From positions 2,532 through 66,531 of the forward strand of contig JAGOON010000001.1 of assembly GCA_017992505.1 (NCBI GenBank): a stretch of DNA of 64,000 bases, written 5' to 3'. A model generated the notes under the pieces. The model worked only from the letters and a program-made list of their open reading frames with translations. It was not told the DNA's origin and searched no databases. The stretch comes from Minisyncoccota bacterium. Its GTDB lineage: Bacteria; Patescibacteriota; Minisyncoccia; Phycocordibacterales; UBA918. A program made the translations under genes and the position numbers. This document shows, one piece after another, positions 1-8,214 of the stretch (its first letter is position 1; each line of letters opens with the position of its first letter).

Positions 1-123
1 ATGGCTCGGAAGATGGTTATAGACTACGGTATTGCTAAGACTGGAGAAGCATACATTCTGACCGCGGGTATTCCCTTTGGATCAGCTGGAGCTACCAATA
101 TGATGATTGTTGAGAAGGTCTAA
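1..123 (+). CDS. pyk: Pyruvate kinase, C-terminal fragment (gene starts upstream of window)
   Basis: The translation ARKMVIDYGIAKTGEAYILTAGIPFGSAGATNMMIVEKV* matches the conserved C-terminal end of pyruvate kinase. The stop TAA is at 121-123. Confidence 0.55.
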   Translation: MARKMVIDYGIAKTGEAYILTAGIPFGSAGATNMMIVEKV

Positions 124-130
124 GTAACAA

Positions 131-156
131 AAATACCCCGCTTCGGGGTATTTTTG
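131..156 (+). terminator. Rho-independent terminator after pyk
   Basis: Stem TACCCCG / CGGGGTA with loop CTTC, followed by a TTTTT run. Confidence 0.6.
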
Positions 157-184
157 AAATGAAACTTCTCCACTATCGTATATA

Positions 185-802
185 ATGTCATCTATGAAAA
201 AACAAACTGTTTTAGTCACAATTATGGTTTTACTGGTTGGAGTAATTGGCGGATATACCCTGAGCAAGACTGGGTTATATGGCTCTATCGTGGACAGATA
301 CAATAAAGACAATTCTCATAGCCAACCACCGAAAGAAACGTTTTCATCTGAGATGCACGGGATACATGACGCGGAAGTGCTGAGTGAGAAAAAGTTTATC
401 GAGGGAATGATTCCTCACCACAAGGAAGCCGTTGATACCGCTAACGAAGTCCTTGCCCGTGGAGAAAATGTCGAAGTACGAAAGCTCGCTGAAGCTATCG
501 TGACAGCGCAAGAAAAAGAAATCTCTAACATGAAGACGTGGTATACAGACTGGTATGGGGAAAGTTACATCGCAAAGAGCGACTATGTACCGATGATGCC
601 AGACCTTTCTACGCTCTCTGGAAAGGAACTTGATCGAGCGTTTCTGGAAGGAATGATAGAACACCATATGGGAGCACTGATGATGGCACAGCAAGTTTCA
701 AGAAGTGTCGAGCATCCAGAGATTACCGCACTCATACAAGCCATAGCGGAAACCCAATCCGCAGAAATTATAAACATGCGAATTCTTTTGAAGCAGGTGT
801 AA
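185..802 (+). CDS. DUF305-family protein (metal-resistance associated). N-terminal TM/signal. Probable real start is the ATG at 194, 7 nt after TATAAT
   Basis: Two DUF305 repeats with HH motifs (GMIPHHKEAV; GMIEHHMGALMMAQ). TATAAT at 181-186 overlaps the first ATG. Confidence 0.7.
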   Translation: MSSMKKQTVLVTIMVLLVGVIGGYTLSKTGLYGSIVDRYNKDNSHSQPPKETFSSEMHGIHDAEVLSEKKFIEGMIPHHKEAVDTANEVLARGENVEVRKLAEAIVTAQEKEISNMKTWYTDWYGESYIAKSDYVPMMPDLSTLSGKELDRAFLEGMIEHHMGALMMAQQVSRSVEHPEITALIQAIAETQSAEIINMRILLKQV

Positions 803-809
803 CGAAAAT

Positions 810-882
810 AAAAGAGCCCCGCAACGCCCCTTCGACGAAGCCGCTTCAAGTACCCTCGGGGTGGCCGGGGCTCTTTTATTTT
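810..882. terminator. Compound stem-loop between convergent genes (bidirectional terminator candidate)
   Basis: AGAGCCCCG at 813-821 pairs with CGGGGCTCT at 866-874. There is an internal CTTCG/CGAAG hairpin, and T-runs on both sides. Confidence 0.4.
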
Positions 883-1238
883 GCCTTACACTTCCCTCGC
901 ACCGTTACTTCAAGTTCATCAATAGCAAACGCCTCAAGTCCAAGAAGTTTAATGATTTTTGCATCGGGTGCCTTAAAATGAATCACTTTCTCACAGTCAC
1001 TGCAGATAGCATGGTGGTGTGGCTCGGGTTGGTACTCATAGAGTGCTTCATCAGTACCAAGTGATACCCGTCTAATGAGTTTCTCTTTAGCAAAAGCGTC
1101 CAGGTTTCGATAGATTGTTACCAAATCGATATCAGGAAGCATTTTGTGCACTGCTGAAGCCGAAAGCGCACCCTTCTCTCTTTGGAGTAGAACAAGAATC
1201 TTCTTTCTTTTATCGGTAAGTTTTATAGTCATATGCAA
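876..1238 (-). CDS. Fur-family metalloregulator (probably Zur)
   Basis: Winged-helix N-terminus plus HHHAICSDCEKV metal-binding motif, typical of Fur/Zur. Divergent from a ZIP transporter gene. Confidence 0.75.
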   Translation of the reverse strand: MHMTIKLTDKRKKILVLLQREKGALSASAVHKMLPDIDLVTIYRNLDAFAKEKLIRRVSLGTDEALYEYQPEPHHHAICSDCEKVIHFKAPDAKIIKLLGLEAFAIDELEVTVRGKCKAK

Positions 1239-1286
1239 ATTACTTGCATATTATCACAGCTTTGCTAGAATGCAAATTATTTGCAT
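1233..1286. promoter_or_regulatory. Two Fur/Zur-box-like palindromes in the divergent zur/ZIP promoter region
   Basis: ATGCAAATTACTTGCAT at 1233-1249 and ATGCAAATTATTTGCAT at 1270-1286. Both are near-perfect inverted repeats of ATGCAAAT. Confidence 0.6.
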
Positions 1287-2113
1287 TTATTTTTAGTATG
1301 ATTATTGACGCCCTTATTGCTTCCTTATTAGTCGCTGCAGCTTCACTGATTGGAGCTTTCATTTTTGGTAGTAACCAAACAATTGCTAAATCTGAGCGTG
1401 TCATTGTCCCGCTTGCGGTTGGAGTTTTTCTCGCTCTTGCGCTTTTTGAACTTATCCCCGAAACATTACTTTCCGCACCTGAACTTGGTGGTGTGGCGGT
1501 GATGGCTGGGTTTGTGACATTTTATATGCTTTCAAATTTCCTTCACAAACGATTCCATCACCTCGAGGCTGATGAGTGTGACAAAAAAGGCGCAGCCTCA
1601 CTCATTCTTATCGGCGACGCTGTTCACAATCTCGCCGATGGGTTCATTCTTGGCGGTGCGTTTTTGGTTGATCCTGCCGTAGGTGTTGCCGTCGCTTTTG
1701 GACTCGCGATTCATGAAATCCCACAGGAAATCGTTGAGTTCGGAGTACTCCTACGAGCTGGATACAATCGTACACAAGCAGCTATCCGAAACCTCATCTC
1801 TGCCAGTACTATTGTTTTTGGAACACTTATTATTATTTTGATTGCTGAGCACGCCGATGAATATGTTTGGCTTCTGACAGGGTTTGCAGCTGGTAACCTC
1901 CTCTACTTGGCAGCGTCAGATTTGCTTCCACGTATTCATGGACAACTCAAAGAGTATGGCGGTATGAATAAGGCTGCGATATTCATTGTAATTGGCTTCA
2001 TGGTAATGGCTGGTGTTATAGAATGGACACACGAAACATTTGGACACGGACATGAACACGTCGAGGATGCGGAAGAATCTGAAGACCATCCACATGAGGA
2101 TGAAACCCTGTAA
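1244..2113 (+). CDS. zupT: ZIP-family divalent metal (zinc) transporter. More likely start is the ATG at 1298
   Basis: ZIP signature HEIPQEIVEFGVLL, multiple TM helices and a His-rich C-terminal tail. The first ATG lies inside the Fur box. Confidence 0.75.
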   Translation: MHIITALLECKLFAFIFSMIIDALIASLLVAAASLIGAFIFGSNQTIAKSERVIVPLAVGVFLALALFELIPETLLSAPELGGVAVMAGFVTFYMLSNFLHKRFHHLEADECDKKGAASLILIGDAVHNLADGFILGGAFLVDPAVGVAVAFGLAIHEIPQEIVEFGVLLRAGYNRTQAAIRNLISASTIVFGTLIIILIAEHADEYVWLLTGFAAGNLLYLAASDLLPRIHGQLKEYGGMNKAAIFIVIGFMVMAGVIEWTHETFGHGHEHVEDAEESEDHPHEDETL

Positions 2114-2131
2114 GACTTTCATCATGAATAC

Positions 2132-2164
2132 AAAAGGCGCCGACTCTGTCGGCGCCTTTTGTAT
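2132..2164. terminator. Bidirectional terminator
   Basis: AAAGGCGCCGAC-TCT-GTCGGCGCCTTTT, a perfect 12-bp stem, between convergent ZIP and bcp genes. Confidence 0.7.
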
Positions 2165-2167
2165 TCC

Positions 2168-2689
2168 CTACCTCAATTGCTTCACATCATTCAAAATTTC
2201 AAGTGCGTGTGTGGCTGGGTCTACCTTTGGGTACACTCTTTTGATGCGACCGTCAGTACCTATGAGGTACGAAACTCGCGCAATACCCATAAATGAACGT
2301 CCAAACATTGATTTATTTTGCCATGCTCCATAGGCCTCAATACAGTCGCCCTTTGTATCTGAAAGTAATGTAAACGGAAGTTGGTATTTTTCTTTAAATT
2401 TCTTGTGTGACCTTGGCGAATCCTTACTCACTCCCAAGACACTAATTCCCAATGACTCAAAGTCTTTGTAGACGTCGGCAATCATACAGGCTTCTTTGGT
2501 ACACCCTGGAGTGTCATCTTTTGGATAAAAATACAACAATACTAGTTTTCCTTGATACTGATTAAGGGAGTGTAGTATTTCATTTTCATCGGGAAGAGAA
2601 AACGCAGGAGCCTTTGTGTTGATTTCGAGCATAGTATTATTTTCGTATAATCCATTCGTCATCTTGGCGAACAAGTAGTTCTGAAGCAT
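2168..2689 (-). CDS. bcp: Thiol peroxidase Bcp (peroxiredoxin Q family)
   Basis: FYPKDDTPGCTKEAC peroxiredoxin active-site motif. Length 173 aa. Confidence 0.8.
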   Translation of the reverse strand: MLQNYLFAKMTNGLYENNTMLEINTKAPAFSLPDENEILHSLNQYQGKLVLLYFYPKDDTPGCTKEACMIADVYKDFESLGISVLGVSKDSPRSHKKFKEKYQLPFTLLSDTKGDCIEAYGAWQNKSMFGRSFMGIARVSYLIGTDGRIKRVYPKVDPATHALEILNDVKQLR

Positions 2690-3929
2690 GGTTTGGGTCG
2701 GCCATTACCTCTTCCACAATTCTTTCCGCACGAATCCCTTGCGATGCTTTTACTAAAACCACATCTCCATACTGCAAAAGTGCCTGGAGTTCTCTCCCTG
2801 CCTGTGCACTGTCGTCATACTGGAGGATATTATCCTCAGGCATACCCATATTGAGCGCGCCTTCGGCTATCTTGCGAGCGCGGACACCAACAGTGAGGAG
2901 CATATCTGCGGAACGTGCTACCAGGGCACCAATTTTCTCATGCTCCTCTGAAGAAAAGCGCCCAAGCTCTAGCATGTCACCCAAGACCGCTATCTTACGC
3001 TTGGCGTGTTTCATTTCAGAAAGCGTTTGCAGTGCAAGCTCGCACGCAGTCGGTGAAGAGTTGTATGTGTCATCAATGATCATAGTGGACTTAATTCCTG
3101 GAATAAGTCGCGCTCGACCGTTTGGTGTTCGTAAATCCTTGAGTGAAGTCACTGCTTCTTCAAGTGAAATACCGAGCACATCAGCAACCGCAACTGCGGC
3201 TGCGCATGCGTATGCATGCTGAGTACCAACCGTTCCAGAAATTTGAAGTGGAATGGACTCTCCTGCGTGTGTAATAGTGCACTGCATTCCGACCGCGACA
3301 TCATCGGAATAAATAACCGCATCATCCGTCGCCATGTAGTCGGTTTCAATGTAGCGACTGAACCCAAGCGAGCGCTGCAAGACGTCTCCCAACTGTTGTT
3401 GTATGAGCATATCATCATGATTGTATACAAGTGTTCCATCAACTTTCAGCGCCGACACCAATTTCATTTTTTCTGTAATGACTGCTTCTGGGGTTTGAAA
3501 GTATTCAACATGTACTGGAACCGACGGAAGACGAGTGAGCACCACCACATCTGGTCTTATCCAACGAGAGAGTCGTTCCATGTCACCTGGTCTATCAATA
3601 CCCATTTCAAGTACGAGCACAGCTGGATACTCTTTGGAAAAGAACGCAATAAAAAAACCATCGAGGATATTCTTAATCCAAAGGAGTGGATTACCCCAGG
3701 CGTTATGGAGTCCGAGTACAGTGATTGGTACACCAATTTCAGAATTGAAACTTTTTTCACTCTTACGTGCTGAAACGGAATTCTTTATCGCAGAGTAAAT
3801 GGCGTCCTTGGTGGTCGTCTTACCGACATTACCAGTCACGCAGACAATGGTCGGTTTGTGGCGATTGAGAAGCACCTTTGCTTCATAGGAAAGAATTTTT
3901 ACAACAACAGACTTACAAAATGCTTTCAT
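2637..3929 (-). CDS. murF: Mur ligase, MurF-like (UDP-MurNAc-tripeptide--D-Ala-D-Ala ligase) lacking the usual N-terminal domain
   Basis: P-loop VTGNVGKTTTKDAI (GKTTTK is MurF-like) at residue ~33, followed by Mur ligase middle and C domains. Last gene of the dcw cluster, directly after ftsI. Confidence 0.55.
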   Translation of the reverse strand: MKAFCKSVVVKILSYEAKVLLNRHKPTIVCVTGNVGKTTTKDAIYSAIKNSVSARKSEKSFNSEIGVPITVLGLHNAWGNPLLWIKNILDGFFIAFFSKEYPAVLVLEMGIDRPGDMERLSRWIRPDVVVLTRLPSVPVHVEYFQTPEAVITEKMKLVSALKVDGTLVYNHDDMLIQQQLGDVLQRSLGFSRYIETDYMATDDAVIYSDDVAVGMQCTITHAGESIPLQISGTVGTQHAYACAAAVAVADVLGISLEEAVTSLKDLRTPNGRARLIPGIKSTMIIDDTYNSSPTACELALQTLSEMKHAKRKIAVLGDMLELGRFSSEEHEKIGALVARSADMLLTVGVRARKIAEGALNMGMPEDNILQYDDSAQAGRELQALLQYGDVVLVKASQGIRAERIVEEVMADPNHASELLVRQDDEWIIRK

Positions 3930-3932
3930 AGA

Positions 3933-5654
3933 TTATCGATCGGGAGGAATTGAATAATAGTTAATGAGAAACCGCGCAATCTCCATAAATGGGTCGGTAA
4001 GGGTTTCTGACGCGTATTCTACACCCTGTGGCTCAACTGTATACATAAACACGATAAATCGGGGTTCGTAGGCTGGGAAATAGCCAAAAAAGGAGTGTAG
4101 GTACTTGTCCTCATAGTATCCACCACCGTTAGGGTCTGCTATCTGGGCAGTTCCAGTTTTGGCACCAATTGAATAGTGTGGGAGGGCGACATTTCCACCT
4201 CGAAGAGCTTCATCCACAACGACCGTCAACATGCGTGAAATTTCCTCACTGGTAGATTCCTTGAGCACTTGTTTTGATTCCGGGTACTGTATCTTTTCTA
4301 TGGTGCCGTCATCATATTCAATTCTATCGGCGAGGTGTGGAGTTACGAGCCTGCCACCATTTGCCAAAGTTGATAGGGCTCTAATGGTTTCAATTGGCGT
4401 GAGTGCAATACCCTGTCCAAAAGAGGCAGTTGCATACTCGACATCTCGGGGAGATTTTAAGTTTTCGATGAGGCCATGTGCTTCGCCCGGGAGATCAATT
4501 CCGGTTGGTTCTCCGAGACCGTAGTTTATGAAGTAGTCACGGAAGCGTTCCTTGCCCATTTTCGACACAATATACGCTACACCGGTATTGAGTGACTGAT
4601 TGAGCACTTGTTGCATTGGTACTGTTCCGCGTCCTTTCTTATCAAAGTTACAAATTGTGTACGTATTCAAATCAATGCAACCTGGGTCGTAGTAGGTAGT
4701 GCCAGCATTCACAGTGCCAGCATCAAGGCCAGCTGCCATTGTGAGTGTCTTTATAATTGAACCCATTTCATAAACGTCTTCAACAAGCGGGTTTCTGAAC
4801 TGCTCAATAGTGGCGTCTTCACGGGAATTTAAGTCAAAGCTTGGCACCACATTCATCGCGTAAATCGCGCCAGTATTTGGATCCATAATAATCGCGCCAG
4901 TCATTTTACTCTTATACAGGTCGTTGGTTTGTAGAAGCACCGTATCAAGGAGTCGAGACACCGCTGGCTCAAGCGTCGTTACTACATCACCACTACGCTT
5001 TTGTTCACTTTTATCGACAAATTCACCGACATTACTAAAGAGTTCAGCAAAGAAATTAACTGACATCACTTCACGCTTGCGGTAGAGTACTTCGTCGTAT
5101 TGTCGTTCTAGACCAAACTTTCCGCGAAGTTCATTACCATCTTCGTCGGTATATCCCACAAAGCCCACCGAGCGCGCAGCGACAGAACCTCCTGGGTAAT
5201 AGCGCCACTGGTTGCGATATAAAAGCGCCCCTTCAACGTGCATTTTTTCCAGTTCTTCAGCCTGTTCATTGGAAAGTCTATCTTCAAGTTCAACGTAGGT
5301 TCGATTGTTGAGTGATGCACGCTCCACACAGAGGTCGCGTTCAATAGTAACGAAGTTTCTTATCTTTTCACAAAACTCAGACGCATCGACAACATGCTCG
5401 GGATTTACCGCAAGCAAGTATCCTGCCTGAACAGCAGCAGCGGAAAGTTTTTCGTTGTCTTTGGTGGTAAAAAGAATAGAACCACGCGAGTACAAATCAG
5501 ACTTCGTGTGCACATATTGTTTTTCTGCTTTTTCGCTATAGTAATCAGCGCGAGCAATTTGTAAATAATAGAGTCGACTTATCAAAAGCAGACCAATGAC
5601 AGCAACAACGACCGAGAGCAGCCTAATTCGGTTGGTAAGTTGCTGGCGTCGCAT
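3933..5654 (-). CDS. ftsI: Penicillin-binding protein, peptidoglycan D,D-transpeptidase FtsI
   Basis: N-terminal TM, SxxK (GSIIKT), SxN (SFGQG region) and KTGTA motifs. Sits in the dcw cluster after ftsL. Confidence 0.85.
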   Translation of the reverse strand: MRRQQLTNRIRLLSVVVAVIGLLLISRLYYLQIARADYYSEKAEKQYVHTKSDLYSRGSILFTTKDNEKLSAAAVQAGYLLAVNPEHVVDASEFCEKIRNFVTIERDLCVERASLNNRTYVELEDRLSNEQAEELEKMHVEGALLYRNQWRYYPGGSVAARSVGFVGYTDEDGNELRGKFGLERQYDEVLYRKREVMSVNFFAELFSNVGEFVDKSEQKRSGDVVTTLEPAVSRLLDTVLLQTNDLYKSKMTGAIIMDPNTGAIYAMNVVPSFDLNSREDATIEQFRNPLVEDVYEMGSIIKTLTMAAGLDAGTVNAGTTYYDPGCIDLNTYTICNFDKKGRGTVPMQQVLNQSLNTGVAYIVSKMGKERFRDYFINYGLGEPTGIDLPGEAHGLIENLKSPRDVEYATASFGQGIALTPIETIRALSTLANGGRLVTPHLADRIEYDDGTIEKIQYPESKQVLKESTSEEISRMLTVVVDEALRGGNVALPHYSIGAKTGTAQIADPNGGGYYEDKYLHSFFGYFPAYEPRFIVFMYTVEPQGVEYASETLTDPFMEIARFLINYYSIPPDR

Positions 5655-5659
5655 AGGAA

Positions 5660-5977
5660 TTAGTTGTCACGAAGCACGAGACTAGTCTCACCTCGAGTGA
5701 TAAAGATTTTTTCGGTATCAATGCTATAACCTTCAAGATTTGCAATACGGTCAGCAATTTTGTGTTGCGATTGGATGTACGTGGTTTCAAGCATAGCGAT
5801 TTCGGTACGGAGCTGATTACTTTCCTGAGTTGCCTCTTTACGCATCACCACATGCACCACAGAAAGGTTTAGAAAATACAAATATGCAACGACCGCCGTC
5901 ATTAATAACCCTACACAGAGCGCTGTCTGCTTAGATGGTGAAATTTTTATTGATTTGATAAGCGCGACGTTGTACAT
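5660..5977 (-). CDS. ftsL: Cell division protein FtsL-like (single TM plus coiled coil)
   Basis: 105-aa bitopic protein with a coiled coil, between rsmH and ftsI. Confidence 0.45.
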   Translation of the reverse strand: MYNVALIKSIKISPSKQTALCVGLLMTAVVAYLYFLNLSVVHVVMRKEATQESNQLRTEIAMLETTYIQSQHKIADRIANLEGYSIDTEKIFITRGETSLVLRDN

Positions 5978-5982
5978 GTTGG

Positions 5983-6864
5983 CTATAGTTTGGTGATTAC
6001 TCGTAATTTTGCGCTCCGTGCTCGAGGGTTCTGGCTAAGTTCTTCCCTCGTTGGAGCTATCGGTTTTTTGGTTGTTGGGTTGGCAAGACCCGCGTCTTTG
6101 AGAGTGCGGAAGTAGTGCTTTACTACTCTGTCCTCAAGGCTATGAAACGTGATAATGGCCATTCTTCCGCCAGTATCAAGGGCGGTAAAGCCATCTTTGA
6201 GAAACTGTTCGAGTGCTCCGAGCTCGTCGTTCACGGCGATACGGAGCGCTTGGAAGGTCTTGGTCGAAGGATTTACCTTGCGGTAGTGCATGGGTGGAAA
6301 GACTGATTCGATGATAGTGACAAGCTGTCCAGTAGTCTCAATTGGAGCTACTCTACGAGCGGTGACTATCGCCTTTGCTATCTTTCGAGCCATACGCTCC
6401 TCGCCGTATCCGAAGATAATGTCGGCAAGTGAGCTTTCTCCCCACTCATTCACCATGTCGCGAGCGGTGTACTCGTACTGCGAAGGAGCCCCAAAGGTCA
6501 TATGGAGTGGTTCATCATGCATAAAAGAGAATCCCTTTCCCCCTTCTGCAAACTGTTCCATTCTCCAACCTAAGTCGGCCAAGATGGCGTTCACGTTTTT
6601 AATATGTAAAGAACCTAGAATGTCGGTAATGTTCCGAAAATTGTTGTTGACCAAATGAATGGTCGGCTTCGCGTCAGTGAATGTTTTTCCCTCAAAGGCA
6701 GTTTCGTCTGCATCGATGCCGATGTAGGTACCTTCTGTGTTGAGACGTTTGATGATTTCCTTTGCATGTCCTCCTGCGCCAAAAGTTGCATCAACAACTA
6801 TGTCACTCGAACTGGGCGACAAAGCATCCACAGCTTCCTGCTGTAATACGGTAATGTGTTGCAT
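5983..6864 (-). CDS. rsmH: 16S rRNA (cytosine1402-N4)-methyltransferase RsmH (MraW)
   Basis: VDATFGAGGHA SAM-binding motif and a conserved C-terminal region. Follows mraZ. Confidence 0.9.
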   Translation of the reverse strand: MQHITVLQQEAVDALSPSSSDIVVDATFGAGGHAKEIIKRLNTEGTYIGIDADETAFEGKTFTDAKPTIHLVNNNFRNITDILGSLHIKNVNAILADLGWRMEQFAEGGKGFSFMHDEPLHMTFGAPSQYEYTARDMVNEWGESSLADIIFGYGEERMARKIAKAIVTARRVAPIETTGQLVTIIESVFPPMHYRKVNPSTKTFQALRIAVNDELGALEQFLKDGFTALDTGGRMAIITFHSLEDRVVKHYFRTLKDAGLANPTTKKPIAPTREELSQNPRARSAKLRVITKL

Positions 6865-6879
6865 ACCAACGGTGTGAAT

Positions 6880-7314
6880 TTAGAGGACGCCAATCTCTCC
6901 AAGCTTTTCTGCCAAAGCATCAGCTTGTTCTTCGATTGAGCGCTTGTAAGTCTCCCATCGTTTCTCATCCCAAATCTCGATACGACTATGGATACCAGCC
7001 AAGACTACACTTGACTCAAGTTTTCCAAATTCTTTCAAGAAGTCTGGCACGAGAATACGTCCAACTGAATCCACCTCCACCTCTGTGGCTCCTGACAAGA
7101 AGAATCGATTGAAGCTTCTTGTATCCGCCTGCCCGAGTGGGAGTTCACCGATTTTCGCAGTGATTTTCTCCCACTCCTTGAGCGGATATACGAAGAGACA
7201 GTTATCAAGTCCACGTGTGACGACAAGCCTTTTCCCAAGTTCCTCCCGCCATTTAGACGGTAAGGAGAGCCGTTTCTTAGGATCCAACGTATGCTTGTAT
7301 TCGCCAATTAACAT
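6880..7314 (-). CDS. mraZ: Transcriptional regulator MraZ. The ORF extends to 7350; likely start is MLIGEY at 7314
   Basis: Two MraZ DXXXR repeats (LDPKKRLSLP; VDSVGRILVP). N-terminus MLIGEYKH matches the canonical MraZ start. Confidence 0.85.
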   Translation of the reverse strand: MLIGEYKHTLDPKKRLSLPSKWREELGKRLVVTRGLDNCLFVYPLKEWEKITAKIGELPLGQADTRSFNRFFLSGATEVEVDSVGRILVPDFLKEFGKLESSVVLAGIHSRIEIWDEKRWETYKRSIEEQADALAEKLGEIGVL

Positions 7315-7327
7315 AAACTTGATAGTC

Positions 7328-7393
7328 GAGCTAGTTTGGTGACCAACCACAATCTAATGTGGAGAGGATTGTAGCGGGTCACCAAACTAGCTC
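7328..7393. promoter_or_regulatory. 17-bp perfect inverted repeat bracketing a TACAAT hexamer immediately upstream of mraZ (candidate operator of the dcw promoter)
   Basis: GAGCTAGTTTGGTGACC at 7328-7344 and its exact reverse complement at 7377-7393, with a 32-nt spacer. The spacer contains TACAAT (minus-strand sense, 7368-7373). Confidence 0.5.
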
Positions 7394-7563
7394 TGACATA
7401 CTACTTTCATAGTATACCACTATCTCCCACCACTCGTACATTCTATACCACTTTACCCCACCAGCAACCACAGTTATCCACCTTTTTATTTAAATAAACA
7501 AAAAAGCCGCCCAACCGACTTTTTCTAAAGTGGTGAGCGGTTGTTGGGAACCGAAAGACTGAC

Positions 7564-8130
7564 TTACGTCAGGAAGTCTACCTGTTGTTGACAGTCTTCA
7601 CTGTTCTTCCAGGCAGCATGCGCCATCGCAACTAAGATGTCGGCAACTATCCCCGCGATCAGTTTGTCGATGTGAGGCTGAACGCCAGAACAAGTAACAA
7701 CGATACCGCGCCGTTTGACACCGCCCCAGTAAGGCGTGTCACCTTTGAAAAGCAAGTGCGGAATGCAATCTGTTCGATCATCATTTCGGTCAGTCCAAAG
7801 CTGTGATGCTTTGCAACGAGCGATGCTATCGAAATCTGCCTCCAGCTTTTCTTGGCCGCCAAGAAAACTCTTCTCGTAGAGCAGAACAGGCTTCAACGGA
7901 TAGTCAGGCCAGTTCGGATAATCCTCCTCGCAGTGGTCAACCATGCCAGGCACAAGCACAACAACATGACACTGCTTTCGTTTTGGTTCAAGTTCCTGAC
8001 AAACCATAGACAGCGACACCAGGCCTGTCTGCGGTCCGTTCAGAATTATTTGAACTGCCGCGTCAACAGCCAACAAAGCCATCTCAGCCGTCATAAATTT
8101 TGGCGTGAGGAAAGGTTTTTCTTCGGTCAA
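7564..8130 (-). CDS. Hypothetical protein, possibly DUF336/GlcG-HbpS-like
   Basis: C-terminal GGVKRRGIVVTCSGVQPHIDKLIAGIVA resembles the GGxPIxxxGxxIGAIGVSG motif of the DUF336 family. Weak. Confidence 0.3.
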   Translation of the reverse strand: MTEEKPFLTPKFMTAEMALLAVDAAVQIILNGPQTGLVSLSMVCQELEPKRKQCHVVVLVPGMVDHCEEDYPNWPDYPLKPVLLYEKSFLGGQEKLEADFDSIARCKASQLWTDRNDDRTDCIPHLLFKGDTPYWGGVKRRGIVVTCSGVQPHIDKLIAGIVADILVAMAHAAWKNSEDCQQQVDFLT

Positions 8131-8214
8131 TGTACTTACTCCTTGTTAGGTAGGCTCAGGAAACTTCTCCTTGCACTAAGTTACAACGACTTCTATTAGC
8201 TGTCCACTATCTCT

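Noticed and set aside
7440-7560. Possible terminator hairpin downstream of the DUF336-like gene (CCCAACCG / CGGTTGTTGGG)
   Set aside because: The stem is imperfect and lacks a clean U-tract on the relevant strand. Too weak to call.
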